Shown here: positions 1 through 8,067 of the stretch, one piece after another
How the letters are laid out: each line of letters starts with the position of its first letter
Numbering within the stretch: the first letter of the stretch is position 1
Source: Candidatus Methylomirabilales bacterium
GTDB taxonomy: Bacteria > Methylomirabilota > Methylomirabilia > Methylomirabilales > CSP1-5
Direction of reading: 5' to 3'
DNA: 45,265 nucleotides
Assembly (NCBI GenBank): GCA_046758505.1
Contig: JBHIAH010000017.1
Location: forward strand, 1-45,265
Position numbers and translations under genes: made by a program
The notes under the pieces: model-generated
Database searches by the model: none
The model's input: the letters and a program-made list of their open reading frames with translations, nothing else
What the model was told of the DNA's origin: nothing

Positions 1-175
1 CCGTGCCCTTCTCCGCCCGCTGATGGCAGCCCGTGCAATTCAGTTTCAGTTGCTGCACGTGGGTCTTGTGTGGGAACTGGATCGGCTGGCTGACAGCCGG
101 CTCCGCCAACAGACCCCAGGTCCCCCAGACAATGAGGCCAAGGGCGACCAAACCGCCCACGCCCAGCCACCTCAT
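1..175 (-). CDS. N-terminal part of an ActA/QrcA-like class III multiheme cytochrome c (runs off the left edge; absent from the ORF track)
   Basis: Manual translation from ATG at 175: MRWLGVGGLVALGLIVWGTWGLLAEPAVSQPIQFPHKTHVQQLKLNCTGCHQRAEKGT. It has a TM/signal helix, then QPIxFxHxxH and CxxCH, as in the ActA at 12448-12951. The start overlaps the upstream stop (ATGA, 175-172). Confidence 0.85.
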   Translation of the reverse strand, partial: MRWLGVGGLVALGLIVWGTWGLLAEPAVSQPIQFPHKTHVQQLKLNCTGCHQRAEKGT

Positions 176-543
176 GGCGTCCTTCTATCTGTGCATCGTT
201 CTTGTCGTCCGACTGATCGCACAACTTTCACGAGGTCCTCGACGTCGGCGGCGGGAACCTGGCGGGTCGTGTATACGGTTGCTCGATTCTCGCCGGGGTC
301 GATGCTGATCACCCGCCCCGGAAGGCTCTCCTTGAGGACCTCCGAGAGGCTGGGGCCCAGGCTCCCTTCGCCTCCCTCGATCATGATCACGTCGGGGTGA
401 TGAGTCCTGAGCTCTTCAAGGGCGTTATGGCCCCGCGCGGTTGCGCCCAACACCTCGATGCCCCTTTGCTGCTTGAGAAGTCTTTCGAGGCCGAGGCCGA
501 ACAGGGGATGATCGTAGAGGATGAAGACCGTGACCTTCTTCAT
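172..543 (-). CDS. Stand-alone atypical response-regulator receiver domain (pseudo-receiver, no HTH)
   Basis: MKKVTVFILYDHPLFGLGLERLL...IEVLG...PDVIMIE resembles the NarL receiver N-terminus, but the phospho-acceptor Asp is Glu. Start moved to ATG 543, which has a GGAGAG SD. Confidence 0.7.
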   Translation of the reverse strand: MKKVTVFILYDHPLFGLGLERLLKQQRGIEVLGATARGHNALEELRTHHPDVIMIEGGEGSLGPSLSEVLKESLPGRVISIDPGENRATVYTTRQVPAADVEDLVKVVRSVGRQERCTDRRTP

Positions 544-578
544 ACCGCTCTCCCCACCTCTGCCCGCGCACATATAGA

Positions 579-659
579 AAAGTAGACGCTCGCCTTCGCT
601 CTGGGCAGACCCCATCCGGTTCATTTTTCAGGGGAAAAAGGACTATGCAGCGATAGCCC
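579..659 (-). promoter_or_regulatory. Conserved promoter element, copy 1 (putative NarL-family operator plus sigma70 -10)
   Basis: 591-659 matches 2163-2231 at 62 of 69 positions. On the minus strand: GGGCTA-N8-TAGTCC...GGGGTCTG, 21 nt, then TACTTT (584-579). Confidence 0.65.
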
Positions 660-718
660 GTTCGGGGGGACGGGCATGGTTGGATAGGAGAGGGCGTGAA
701 GAGCCCCCCTGGGGCTGT

Positions 719-1918
719 TCACCGCTTCTGCCGTAGGGTCTGGAGGTAGGCAACGAGGTCGCCCATCTCCTGGGGGCGGAACCGGGGCCAGGTGATCCGC
801 TGAACTTCGGTCACCCGTTCCATGACCAAGGCGTGGTTCCACAATGCCGAGATGACGGCGGCAGGCGAGACGAAGCTCTTTACCCGGGCGAAGTCGACTG
901 CGAAATTTCCACCCTTACCGCGGACCGCGTGACAGCGCAGGCATCCCTTGTTTGCCACCAGCGTCCTTCCTTTACTGGGATTCCCCGGCGCGGCGAAGTA
1001 CCGCACCGCGTAGAGGTAGGCGACGAGGTCGGCCATCTCCTTGGCCCGGAGCTGAGGGACGGAGACCCCCCGGGCGTGCATCGTCTCGAGCATCGCCGGC
1101 GCCTTGTTCCACATCGCCGCCGCGAACTCGATCAGGCTCCGGTGAAGGCCCCGCTCGGCGAGGGCCGGCCCCACCCGGCCGCCCCGTCCCCCGACCCGGT
1201 GACACTGAATGCAGCCCTTTTCCACGAAGAGCTTGCGTCCCTCCGCGGTGCGGCCGGGCAGGAGATAAAGCGGGTCCTCTGCCGGCGCCGGCGAGGTAGA
1301 CTTGAGATAGGCAATCAGATTGCGGAGTTCCGACGCCGTGAATGAGGGGCGCGTGATCCCTCTGGCCCGCATCGCCTCGGCCATGGCGGGACCGTGGTTC
1401 CACATGGCGGTCGCTACGAAGATCGGCGAGCCGTTCTGCTTCAAGAAGTCGAGATTCGGCCCGACCACCCCCCCGTTCCCACCTACCTGGTGGCAGACGA
1501 TACATCGCTTCTCGGTAAAGAGCCGTTGGCCGGCCTCGATGTTTCCGGGGGGATCGAAGTAGTCGAGGGTATAGAGAAAGGCAATCAGATCACCGGTCTC
1601 CTGCGGATTGATGTGTGGGTGGGGGATCCCGAGCTCCCGCATCCGCGCGGCCATGCCGGGGAAGTGGTTCCACATGGCCGCGGCCAGATCGTAGAAGGAG
1701 CGGGAACGGGGGATGCGGCCGAGGTCGGGCCCCACCCGACCCCCTATGCCGTTTACCGCATGACACCGGCTGCACCCTTTTGTTCCGAAGACGCGCGAGC
1801 CGGCGATCGGGTTCTGCGTGGGGCTGGAGAGTGGTTGGGCGAGGGCCGGCCCGAGCGACCACAAAAGCAGGAGGGGAACAGATACAAAGACGGCAACTGC
1901 TGCGGCACGAATGATCAT
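719..1918 (-). CDS. Periplasmic tetraheme cytochrome c built from four tandem class-I-like repeats
   Basis: Signal peptide MIIRAAAVAVFVSVPLLLLWSLGPALA. Heme motifs CSRCH, CIVCH, CIQCH and CLRCH are each followed by a (M/L)WN(H/K)xxxM motif. Start moved to ATG 1918 because the upstream ORF extension looks non-coding and overlaps a promoter repeat. Confidence 0.85.
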   Translation of the reverse strand: MIIRAAAVAVFVSVPLLLLWSLGPALAQPLSSPTQNPIAGSRVFGTKGCSRCHAVNGIGGRVGPDLGRIPRSRSFYDLAAAMWNHFPGMAARMRELGIPHPHINPQETGDLIAFLYTLDYFDPPGNIEAGQRLFTEKRCIVCHQVGGNGGVVGPNLDFLKQNGSPIFVATAMWNHGPAMAEAMRARGITRPSFTASELRNLIAYLKSTSPAPAEDPLYLLPGRTAEGRKLFVEKGCIQCHRVGGRGGRVGPALAERGLHRSLIEFAAAMWNKAPAMLETMHARGVSVPQLRAKEMADLVAYLYAVRYFAAPGNPSKGRTLVANKGCLRCHAVRGKGGNFAVDFARVKSFVSPAAVISALWNHALVMERVTEVQRITWPRFRPQEMGDLVAYLQTLRQKR

Positions 1919-2150
1919 ACCTTCACGGGCAGCAGTCGCCCCGGGAAGGCATCCGGCGTGTTGGTGTGCCAACCGCTGTGCCGGGGGTGGGCTATGAGCT
2001 CGAGCTACCCCGAATCCACCTTGCATCCCCGCTTGGATCGAATCGTCGGAAGGCTCCGCGTGCACGATAACACCGGTCATTGAGCGATACGATCGAGACC
2101 GCCCTGATCGAATGCGGTGGCGTCGCGGCCCCCGGGACGACTCTGTCAGG

Positions 2151-2241
2151 AGGATAAGGACCCGCCTTCGCTTTGTGTAGACCCCATCCGGTTCATTTTT
2201 CGGGGGAAAATGGACTATGCAGGGGTAGCCCATCCGGGTGA
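2151..2241 (-). promoter_or_regulatory. Conserved promoter element, copy 2
   Basis: Direct repeat of 591-659. On the minus strand: GGGCTA-N8-TAGTCC...GGGGTCTA, 21 nt, then TATCCT (2156-2151). Confidence 0.65.
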
Positions 2242-2253
2242 GGGTGGACGGGC

Positions 2254-2288
2254 AAAAAAAAGTTCGTCGGTTTCCGGGACGGCGAAAC
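2254..2288 (-). terminator. Probable intrinsic terminator after the NarL-type regulator
   Basis: Imperfect stem-loop (GTTTCGCCG...CGACGAAC) followed by T8 on the minus strand, immediately after the stop at 2292. Confidence 0.5.
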
Positions 2289-2291
2289 CCG

Positions 2292-2954
2292 TCAGGCTTT
2301 GTGAGGGGGGACCAACCCTTTCCGGAGGGCGAAGGCGGCGGCTTGGACTCGATTCTGGAGGTGGAGCTTATCCAGGATGTTGCGGAGGTGGTTCTTCACG
2401 GTGTTGTCGCTGATGCCTAAGGCGGCTGCGATCTCCTTGTTCGTCGATCCTTTCGTCAGAAGCTCTAAGACCTCGTGCTCCCGGGGGCTGAGCTCCTCCC
2501 CCGGGTGCTCCTCGCGGCCCTGTTTGGCCTGCCGGGCGACTTCATGCAGAATCTTGGCCGCCGTGAGCCGGGAGATGGGAGCCTCACCTTTCACCACCCC
2601 CCGCAGCATCTCGAAGAGCTGCTGGGGCTCGATATTCTTCGAGAGGTATCCCTGGGCGCCGCTCTTGATGGCGCTGAACAGGTTCTGGTCCTCCTCCGAA
2701 ACAGTCAGGATGACGATCTTGACGTAGGGGAGGGCTTCCTTGATCTGCTGGGTGGCCTCGAGGCCGCCGCAGCCGGGCATGTAGATATCCATGAGGATGA
2801 CGTCCGGCATCAGCTCTTTCGCCTTGGCCAGGGCTGCTTGCCCCTCCGGCGCCTCTCCCACCACCTCAAAGTCTGGCTGGTCCCGAAGCATGCTGACCAG
2901 CCCCTTCCGGAACAGGGCATGATCATCCACCACGAGCACGCGAATGCGCTCCAT
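2292..2954 (-). CDS. NarL/LuxR-family DNA-binding response regulator (paralog 1)
   Basis: MERIRVLVVDDHALFRKGL...PDVILMD...GAQGYLSK, plus the LuxR HTH LSPREHEVL...NKEIA...TVKNHLRNILDKL. Start moved to ATG 2954. Confidence 0.95.
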   Translation of the reverse strand: MERIRVLVVDDHALFRKGLVSMLRDQPDFEVVGEAPEGQAALAKAKELMPDVILMDIYMPGCGGLEATQQIKEALPYVKIVILTVSEEDQNLFSAIKSGAQGYLSKNIEPQQLFEMLRGVVKGEAPISRLTAAKILHEVARQAKQGREEHPGEELSPREHEVLELLTKGSTNKEIAAALGISDNTVKNHLRNILDKLHLQNRVQAAAFALRKGLVPPHKA

Positions 2955-2965
2955 GAACGTCCTCC

Positions 2966-4426
2966 TTAGCGGGGCAGCCGGACCATCACCCTCGTCCCCC
3001 TCCCCGGGGTCGCCGCGACCTCCAGGTGTGCCCCGATGCCTTGCGCCCTTTCCCGCATCGCCTGGAGGCCGAAGTGGCGGCACCCTTCCTCCGGGATCTT
3101 TCCAGGATCGAAGCCCTGGCCGTCGTCGCGCACGGTGACGCAGCAGCAATCTCCCTCCACATCGAATCGCACCACGGCACGCGTCGCTCCGGCGTGTTTG
3201 CGGATGTTGGTCAGCGCCTCCTGGATGATGCGGACGAGCTGGACCTCGACATCGGGTGAGAACCGGGGGGCATGATCACCGCCGATCTGGAGATGCGTGG
3301 CGATCCCGTTCTGCTGGCTGAATTCGTGCAGGTATTCGGTGAGGGTGGGAATGAGGCCCAGGCCTCGGGACACCATCGTCCGGAGACCGAAGATGGACTG
3401 GCGAACCTCCTCGTAAGCCTCCCCCGCTACCTTTTTGATTTCACGGAGCTTGCCGTGCATGCCGTCCTGGCCCTCGGGGGGAATGCGCGCCTCCAGCGCC
3501 GCAACGTGCATGTGGATGAAGGCGAGCGCCTGGGCCAGGCCATCGTGCATTTCCCGGGCGATGCGCTCTCGCTCCTTGAGGGTCGCCAGGCCCTGGAGCA
3601 TCTTCTCGTGCTCTTCCAGCCGCTCGGCCATCACGTTAAAGGAATGCGCGAGCTGGCCGATCTCGTCCCGGGAGGTGACGGGGACTCGTTTCTTGAAATC
3701 GCCCCCCGCGACCTCCAGGGTGGCCGAGGCGAGCCGGCGGATGGGGAGCACGATGGTCCTGTAGAAAACGAGATTGCTCCCGAGGATGAGCAGGCTGCCG
3801 ATCAGGATGAAAGCCAGGAAAAAACCGAAGATGAGCCGCATCCGCTCCCAGCTCTGGGCGATCGATCGGTTCATGTTGGTCCGATGGATCCCGTTCATCT
3901 CGTGGGCCAGATTCGGGATCCTCGCATTGACGGTGGCTAAATATTCCAGGTCCCGTCGGCCAATGGCCTGCCCGTGGGTCACCCTGTTGGACAACCGTTT
4001 CGCGACGGGCACCAGGTTGGCGATCGTCTTCCTGATCTCGAGGAAGATCCTCAGTTCCCGCTCTTTATCTGGAAACGCCCTTGTCCTTGCCTCCAGTTCC
4101 TCGTATCGCCGCAGGTGTATCTGGAGATCCGTGATGAGCTTCTGTTGTTGATCCTCGGGAGGAGGGGTCCCGGTGATAATCGCATACTGAAGCGCCGAGA
4201 TCAGATGGTGGATCGTGGCATGAATGGCGTCGATGGTCTCGACGTGCCGGTCCTGCCCTTCGATGGCCACGGTGCTCTGGTAGATGGACCTCGCCGACAA
4301 GAGGGATATCCCTCCAATGAGGAGCACCACGACGAAGATGAGACCCAACAGCAGACTCAGCCTCCGGCTGATCTTCCCTGTAAACGCTTCCTGAGGGTTT
4401 TCGTGCCCTTCACCGAGACTATCCAT
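2966..4426 (-). CDS. Membrane sensor histidine kinase (TM - periplasmic helical sensor - TM - HAMP - HisKA_3 - HATPase)
   Basis: H-box ERERIAREMHDGLAQ, N-box QEALTNIRKHA, DDGQGF, HFGLQAMRERA, and HAMP DEIGQLAHSFNVMA. Confidence 0.95.
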   Translation of the reverse strand: MDSLGEGHENPQEAFTGKISRRLSLLLGLIFVVVLLIGGISLLSARSIYQSTVAIEGQDRHVETIDAIHATIHHLISALQYAIITGTPPPEDQQQKLITDLQIHLRRYEELEARTRAFPDKERELRIFLEIRKTIANLVPVAKRLSNRVTHGQAIGRRDLEYLATVNARIPNLAHEMNGIHRTNMNRSIAQSWERMRLIFGFFLAFILIGSLLILGSNLVFYRTIVLPIRRLASATLEVAGGDFKKRVPVTSRDEIGQLAHSFNVMAERLEEHEKMLQGLATLKERERIAREMHDGLAQALAFIHMHVAALEARIPPEGQDGMHGKLREIKKVAGEAYEEVRQSIFGLRTMVSRGLGLIPTLTEYLHEFSQQNGIATHLQIGGDHAPRFSPDVEVQLVRIIQEALTNIRKHAGATRAVVRFDVEGDCCCVTVRDDGQGFDPGKIPEEGCRHFGLQAMRERAQGIGAHLEVAATPGRGTRVMVRLPR

Positions 4427-5049
4427 AGCTACTTGCCCCGCTTTGGGCCTGTTGTCACACCGTCCCTATCACGAGTCGGCACCGACCCTCATCGGCGGGT
4501 GCAGATTCGACCCCCTGCCTTTGAAACGCCGAAGGGCGGCGGTCCCGCCTACCTTTTCCTTACGGAAATCCCTTCGCCCTCTGGCGTACCGGGATGATGC
4601 TCTCGAACGCAAAAATCCCCCCTTCACGACGGCGGATGGCCGTATGCCAGTAAAAGCAGGAGATGTGCCGTAGGCCCGCATTACAGCAAAAGGGGTGCCG
4701 GTAAGCCAGTGGTCGCGAATCACGGAAGGTGATGGCCGTAACTCATTGATTCTGAAGTATCGAAGGAACATTCGGGGCACCCCCCGTTTCGGACTGAGGC
4801 TCGTCGGGGACTGAAAGGCGGGGCAGCGGTGCCCCTGTGGTTTGCGCGGGAGACCCGCTATCCTCCTGAAATATCAGGGGGAAATGTCTGGGGCACGGCT
4901 GCCCCACGGCAAGTGATATGCCTCAACGAGGCGGGCCGGTGCCGCTCTCCGGCGGCGGGTCAAGAACATGAAATACTTACGGACAGGAAGGTGCCCTCGT
5001 GCATTCTCGGTCGGTCATTCTCCCCGTACGTGTCTCGGGACAGGCTCAA

Positions 5050-5718
5050 TTACCGATGGGGCCTCTTGAAGGTCTTCAGGTATTCCATCACGTCTTTGAT
5101 CTGCTGGGGGGATAAGGCTGTCCTCCACTCGGGCATATACGGGGAGCCGTGAAACGCTTTCGCGGCCCCCATGAAAATCGCCCGGTAGACCTCCTCCTCG
5201 CGCCCCTCGATGATGAAGTCCTTCGAAGTGAAGTCCCTCGGCTTGACGTCGGCCAGGTTCTTTGCCGCAGGCCCCTCTCCATCTCCTCTCGACCCGTGGC
5301 ACACCTGGCAAAACGTGTTGTACACATCCTTGCCCGCCAGCAGGCTCACGTGCTTGCCCGGCACCGCCAGGGTTCGCATGTAGGCGATGGCATCACGAAG
5401 GGCCTCTTCCTTCAAGGCCTGTGTAATCACCACCATGGGCCTATGCGTCGCATCGGGGCGACCCTTTCCCGCTCTGATATGCCTGATAATTTTTCGATCG
5501 GATTTATCACCCAGGACTGCCGGGTCAGTCAAGTCAGGAGGGCGGACAGCGAGATACTCGGCCGCCGGGCCATCGCCCCGGCCATAGCGGCCGTGACAGG
5601 TCCAGCAAAACGTCCGGTATACCTGTTCCCCGTGGGTCACGGCCTCGTGCGACTCGGGCTGAGCCGTAACCACCCCCGCCATCATGAAGAGCCCAAGGAG
5701 TGCTACTCCCACTCTCAT
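5050..5718 (-). CDS. Periplasmic diheme class I cytochrome c
   Basis: Signal peptide, CWTCH and CQVCH, GxGDGPAA...P(P/R)D(L/F)T motifs, distal Met in MPEW. Last gene of the act cluster. Confidence 0.9.
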   Translation of the reverse strand: MRVGVALLGLFMMAGVVTAQPESHEAVTHGEQVYRTFCWTCHGRYGRGDGPAAEYLAVRPPDLTDPAVLGDKSDRKIIRHIRAGKGRPDATHRPMVVITQALKEEALRDAIAYMRTLAVPGKHVSLLAGKDVYNTFCQVCHGSRGDGEGPAAKNLADVKPRDFTSKDFIIEGREEEVYRAIFMGAAKAFHGSPYMPEWRTALSPQQIKDVMEYLKTFKRPHR

Positions 5719-5727
5719 CTCATCACC

Positions 5728-6222
5728 TCACCTTCCCTGTACATGCCGAAGGTAGTTCACGATGTCCCACCGTTCCATTGGGGAGAGGGCTTCCCTTTGA
5801 GCCGGCATGAGCGCGCCGCCATCCCGGATGGTGGCGTAGAGAAACCCATCACTCCGCTGGCGGAAAATTTGGAGGGTGAGGTTGGGGGGAGGGACAAATT
5901 TCTTCGCAACGGGTCCGCCCCCCTTGGCATCGGGCCCGTGACACAGGGCGCAGTAGATCTGAAAGAGTCGCTTGCCGTTTTCCACGGAGGCGACGGTGGG
6001 CTTGACCGGATTGTGCAACCGCTCCCCGGCCTCCATCCGACTCATCCGCGGTTCTCTCCCTCGCCTCGGGATTGATCGCGACGGCGGCAGGCGCGGGGCC
6101 TCCTGGGGGCGGACGGAGGGTTGTTTATCCATGTCGGGGCTCCAGGGCCAGCCGTAGGCGAGGCCCACCCCAATCAACACGAGGGTGGCAGCGCCCACCA
6201 GCGATCGCCAAGCCCTCTTCAT
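5728..6222 (-). CDS. actE: Alternative complex III monoheme cytochrome c subunit ActE-like
   Basis: MKRAWRSL...DMDKQPSVRPQE...PPSRSIP...NP...YCALCHG...DGFLYATIRDG..LMP...ERWDIVNYLR. The start overlaps the actF stop (ATGA at 6222-6219). Confidence 0.8.
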   Translation of the reverse strand: MKRAWRSLVGAATLVLIGVGLAYGWPWSPDMDKQPSVRPQEAPRLPPSRSIPRRGREPRMSRMEAGERLHNPVKPTVASVENGKRLFQIYCALCHGPDAKGGGPVAKKFVPPPNLTLQIFRQRSDGFLYATIRDGGALMPAQREALSPMERWDIVNYLRHVQGR

Positions 6223-7517
6223 GAACCAGCTCCTCTCCCGTGGGGGATGGCAGGCGTGGCGTTTTCTCCTCGATGACTCTCGACGGGGGAGACCGGCGTG
6301 CGGACACGGGGGGACAGGGGAAAGTTTCGCAGGAAGAACAGATAGCTCAACCCGGCCGCCCCGAGGAATCCAGCCGTTACCCCGATCTCCAGCCAGCCGA
6401 AGGGAACTCCCTCGCCGTGCCATAGCGAGGGGACCACCAGCACGTATCGCTCGAGCCACAGGCCTGCCGCAATGAGGATACCCACCGAGAGCATGATCGA
6501 TGGGGTCTGTTTGGCCCGGCGGCTCAGGAAGACCACGCCCGGGATAAAAAAGGTTGCGAACAGGACGCTCCACGAGAGGGCCGCCCAGGGTCTCTCCCAG
6601 ACCCGGAGCACGACGAAGTGGGTCTCTTCCGGGAGATTGCCGTACCAGATCACGATATACTGCGACCAGACCATGGCCATGTAGGTCAGCGTGAACCCGA
6701 AGAGGAGCTTCCCCAGGTCCCAAAAGTGGGTGGAGGTTATGTCGGGGATCCCGAGGTACCGTCGTGTGAGCGCGGCCACCACGGTGAGGCCGGCAAGGCC
6801 CAGGTAGAACGTGCTGACAAAGAAGTATCCGCCGAAGAGCGAACTGTACCAGAACGGATCGAGCGCCATGATCAGGTCGAAGGCCATGAAGCTGTACGTA
6901 ATGGAGTAGGCGAGAAGCACCCCCGCCGCCAGGACATCCATCCCCCGCTCGCTCCGCTCGATCTCGAGCGGCTCTCCCTGCCACCCCTCGGCGAGCGATC
7001 GAGAGAGCCATCCCCCTGACGTGCCCCCCCGTGCGAGGGCAGCGCCGATCTCGGGCCGGAGCGCGTAGTAGACAAAGAGCAGGCTCAGGACGGTCATCGA
7101 CCCGAGGCCGAGGCCCCCCCGGACGAAGATGAATCGGGCGTCAAACCACGCCCCGCGCTCCGGGTTGAGTTCCTGGACCCGGGCGAAAAACAGGCCCAAC
7201 CCGAAGAAGAGCGGAAGGAACAACACGAGGCTCACCGGGAGGAACGCGACCATCCCCTCGGCCAGGCGCCGGATGGGGGGTCCCCATTGTGCCCCGACCA
7301 CATGGTAGATGGCGGCGAAGACCACCGCACCCTGGGCCAGGCCGCTCCAGAAGAGAAAGTTCACCAGATAGATCTGCCACGCCCGCGCCGGGTCCACCAG
7401 CAGGCCGGCCAGGAAGGCCAGCACGCCAACCGCCAGCAGGCCCACGAAGCTCCGGGTCAATGCCGGGGGGATTAGAGGGGCATGGCTCGAGCGCGCTTCC
7501 CGGCCTTCGCGCATCAT
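6219..7517 (-). CDS. actF: Alternative complex III membrane subunit ActF
   Basis: Multi-TM NrfD-like protein with RAW..YLVNFLFW, WYSSLFG, DLGKLLFGF and SQYIVIWYGNLPEE; lies in the act cluster. Confidence 0.9.
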   Translation of the reverse strand: MMREGREARSSHAPLIPPALTRSFVGLLAVGVLAFLAGLLVDPARAWQIYLVNFLFWSGLAQGAVVFAAIYHVVGAQWGPPIRRLAEGMVAFLPVSLVLFLPLFFGLGLFFARVQELNPERGAWFDARFIFVRGGLGLGSMTVLSLLFVYYALRPEIGAALARGGTSGGWLSRSLAEGWQGEPLEIERSERGMDVLAAGVLLAYSITYSFMAFDLIMALDPFWYSSLFGGYFFVSTFYLGLAGLTVVAALTRRYLGIPDITSTHFWDLGKLLFGFTLTYMAMVWSQYIVIWYGNLPEETHFVVLRVWERPWAALSWSVLFATFFIPGVVFLSRRAKQTPSIMLSVGILIAAGLWLERYVLVVPSLWHGEGVPFGWLEIGVTAGFLGAAGLSYLFFLRNFPLSPRVRTPVSPVESHRGENATPAIPHGRGAGS

Positions 7518-7550
7518 GACTCCTTCGCCGGACGGTCCATGAGGATTCTC

Positions 7551-8066
7551 CTACTCGCCGGCACGGCGTACCTCCTCGGCCCCCGCGCCTTCGAGGAGTT
7601 GCGTGACGCCGCCGTAATCCTCCGGCCGGCAGCGGACCCAGAGACCGAACCGGTCCTCCGAGAAGCGGGCATCGTACGCCGGGCCGATGCGGACGTGCGG
7701 CAGGCGGGCATTGAGCAGCATTCCCCCGAGCGTCAACAGCCCCCCGAACAGGATCGTCAGCTCGAAGACGATGATGAGGAACGGGGGGATCGAGACGATC
7801 GGCTTGCCACCGGTCATGAGGGGGTAATGGAGCGAGGTGGCGACGGTGAGGACCAGGCCCGTGATGCCCCCGAGGAGGCACCCGACGAGGGTAAAGACGC
7901 GCACCGGACTTGCCGGCTTTGCCAGGGCCTCGTCGATGGCGTGGTGGGGGACCGGCGAGAGGGCCTGCAGGTCGTGGTAGCCCGCGTGGTGCAGCCGTTC
8001 GATGGCCTGAAGCAGGCTGTCCAGGTGGCGGAAGCTTCCCACAAGCCCAGCGGATCCTCGTGCCAT
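7551..8066 (-). CDS. actD: Alternative complex III subunit ActD (DUF3341)
   Basis: SPVPHH, YPLMTGGKP, FELTILFG and YDARFSEDRFG motifs with two TM helices. Confidence 0.9.
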   Translation of the reverse strand: MARGSAGLVGSFRHLDSLLQAIERLHHAGYHDLQALSPVPHHAIDEALAKPASPVRVFTLVGCLLGGITGLVLTVATSLHYPLMTGGKPIVSIPPFLIIVFELTILFGGLLTLGGMLLNARLPHVRIGPAYDARFSEDRFGLWVRCRPEDYGGVTQLLEGAGAEEVRRAGE

Positions 8067-8067
8067 C

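Noticed and set aside
1919..2233. N-terminal extensions given by the ORF track (also 2955-3149, 6223-7011, 20828-21019)
   Set aside because: They overlap promoters, hairpins or neighbouring genes. Downstream starts have SD sequences, signal peptides or ATGA coupling.
2966..4426. narX/narL gene symbols for the two-component systems
   Set aside because: The kinase and regulator classes match, but I see no nitrate-binding P-box, so orthology is unsupported.
4490..4760. tRNA-like T-arm (GATTCGACCCC) and an att-like word (TAACTCATTGATT)
   Set aside because: No cloverleaf can be built, and there is no integrase or second att copy in the window.
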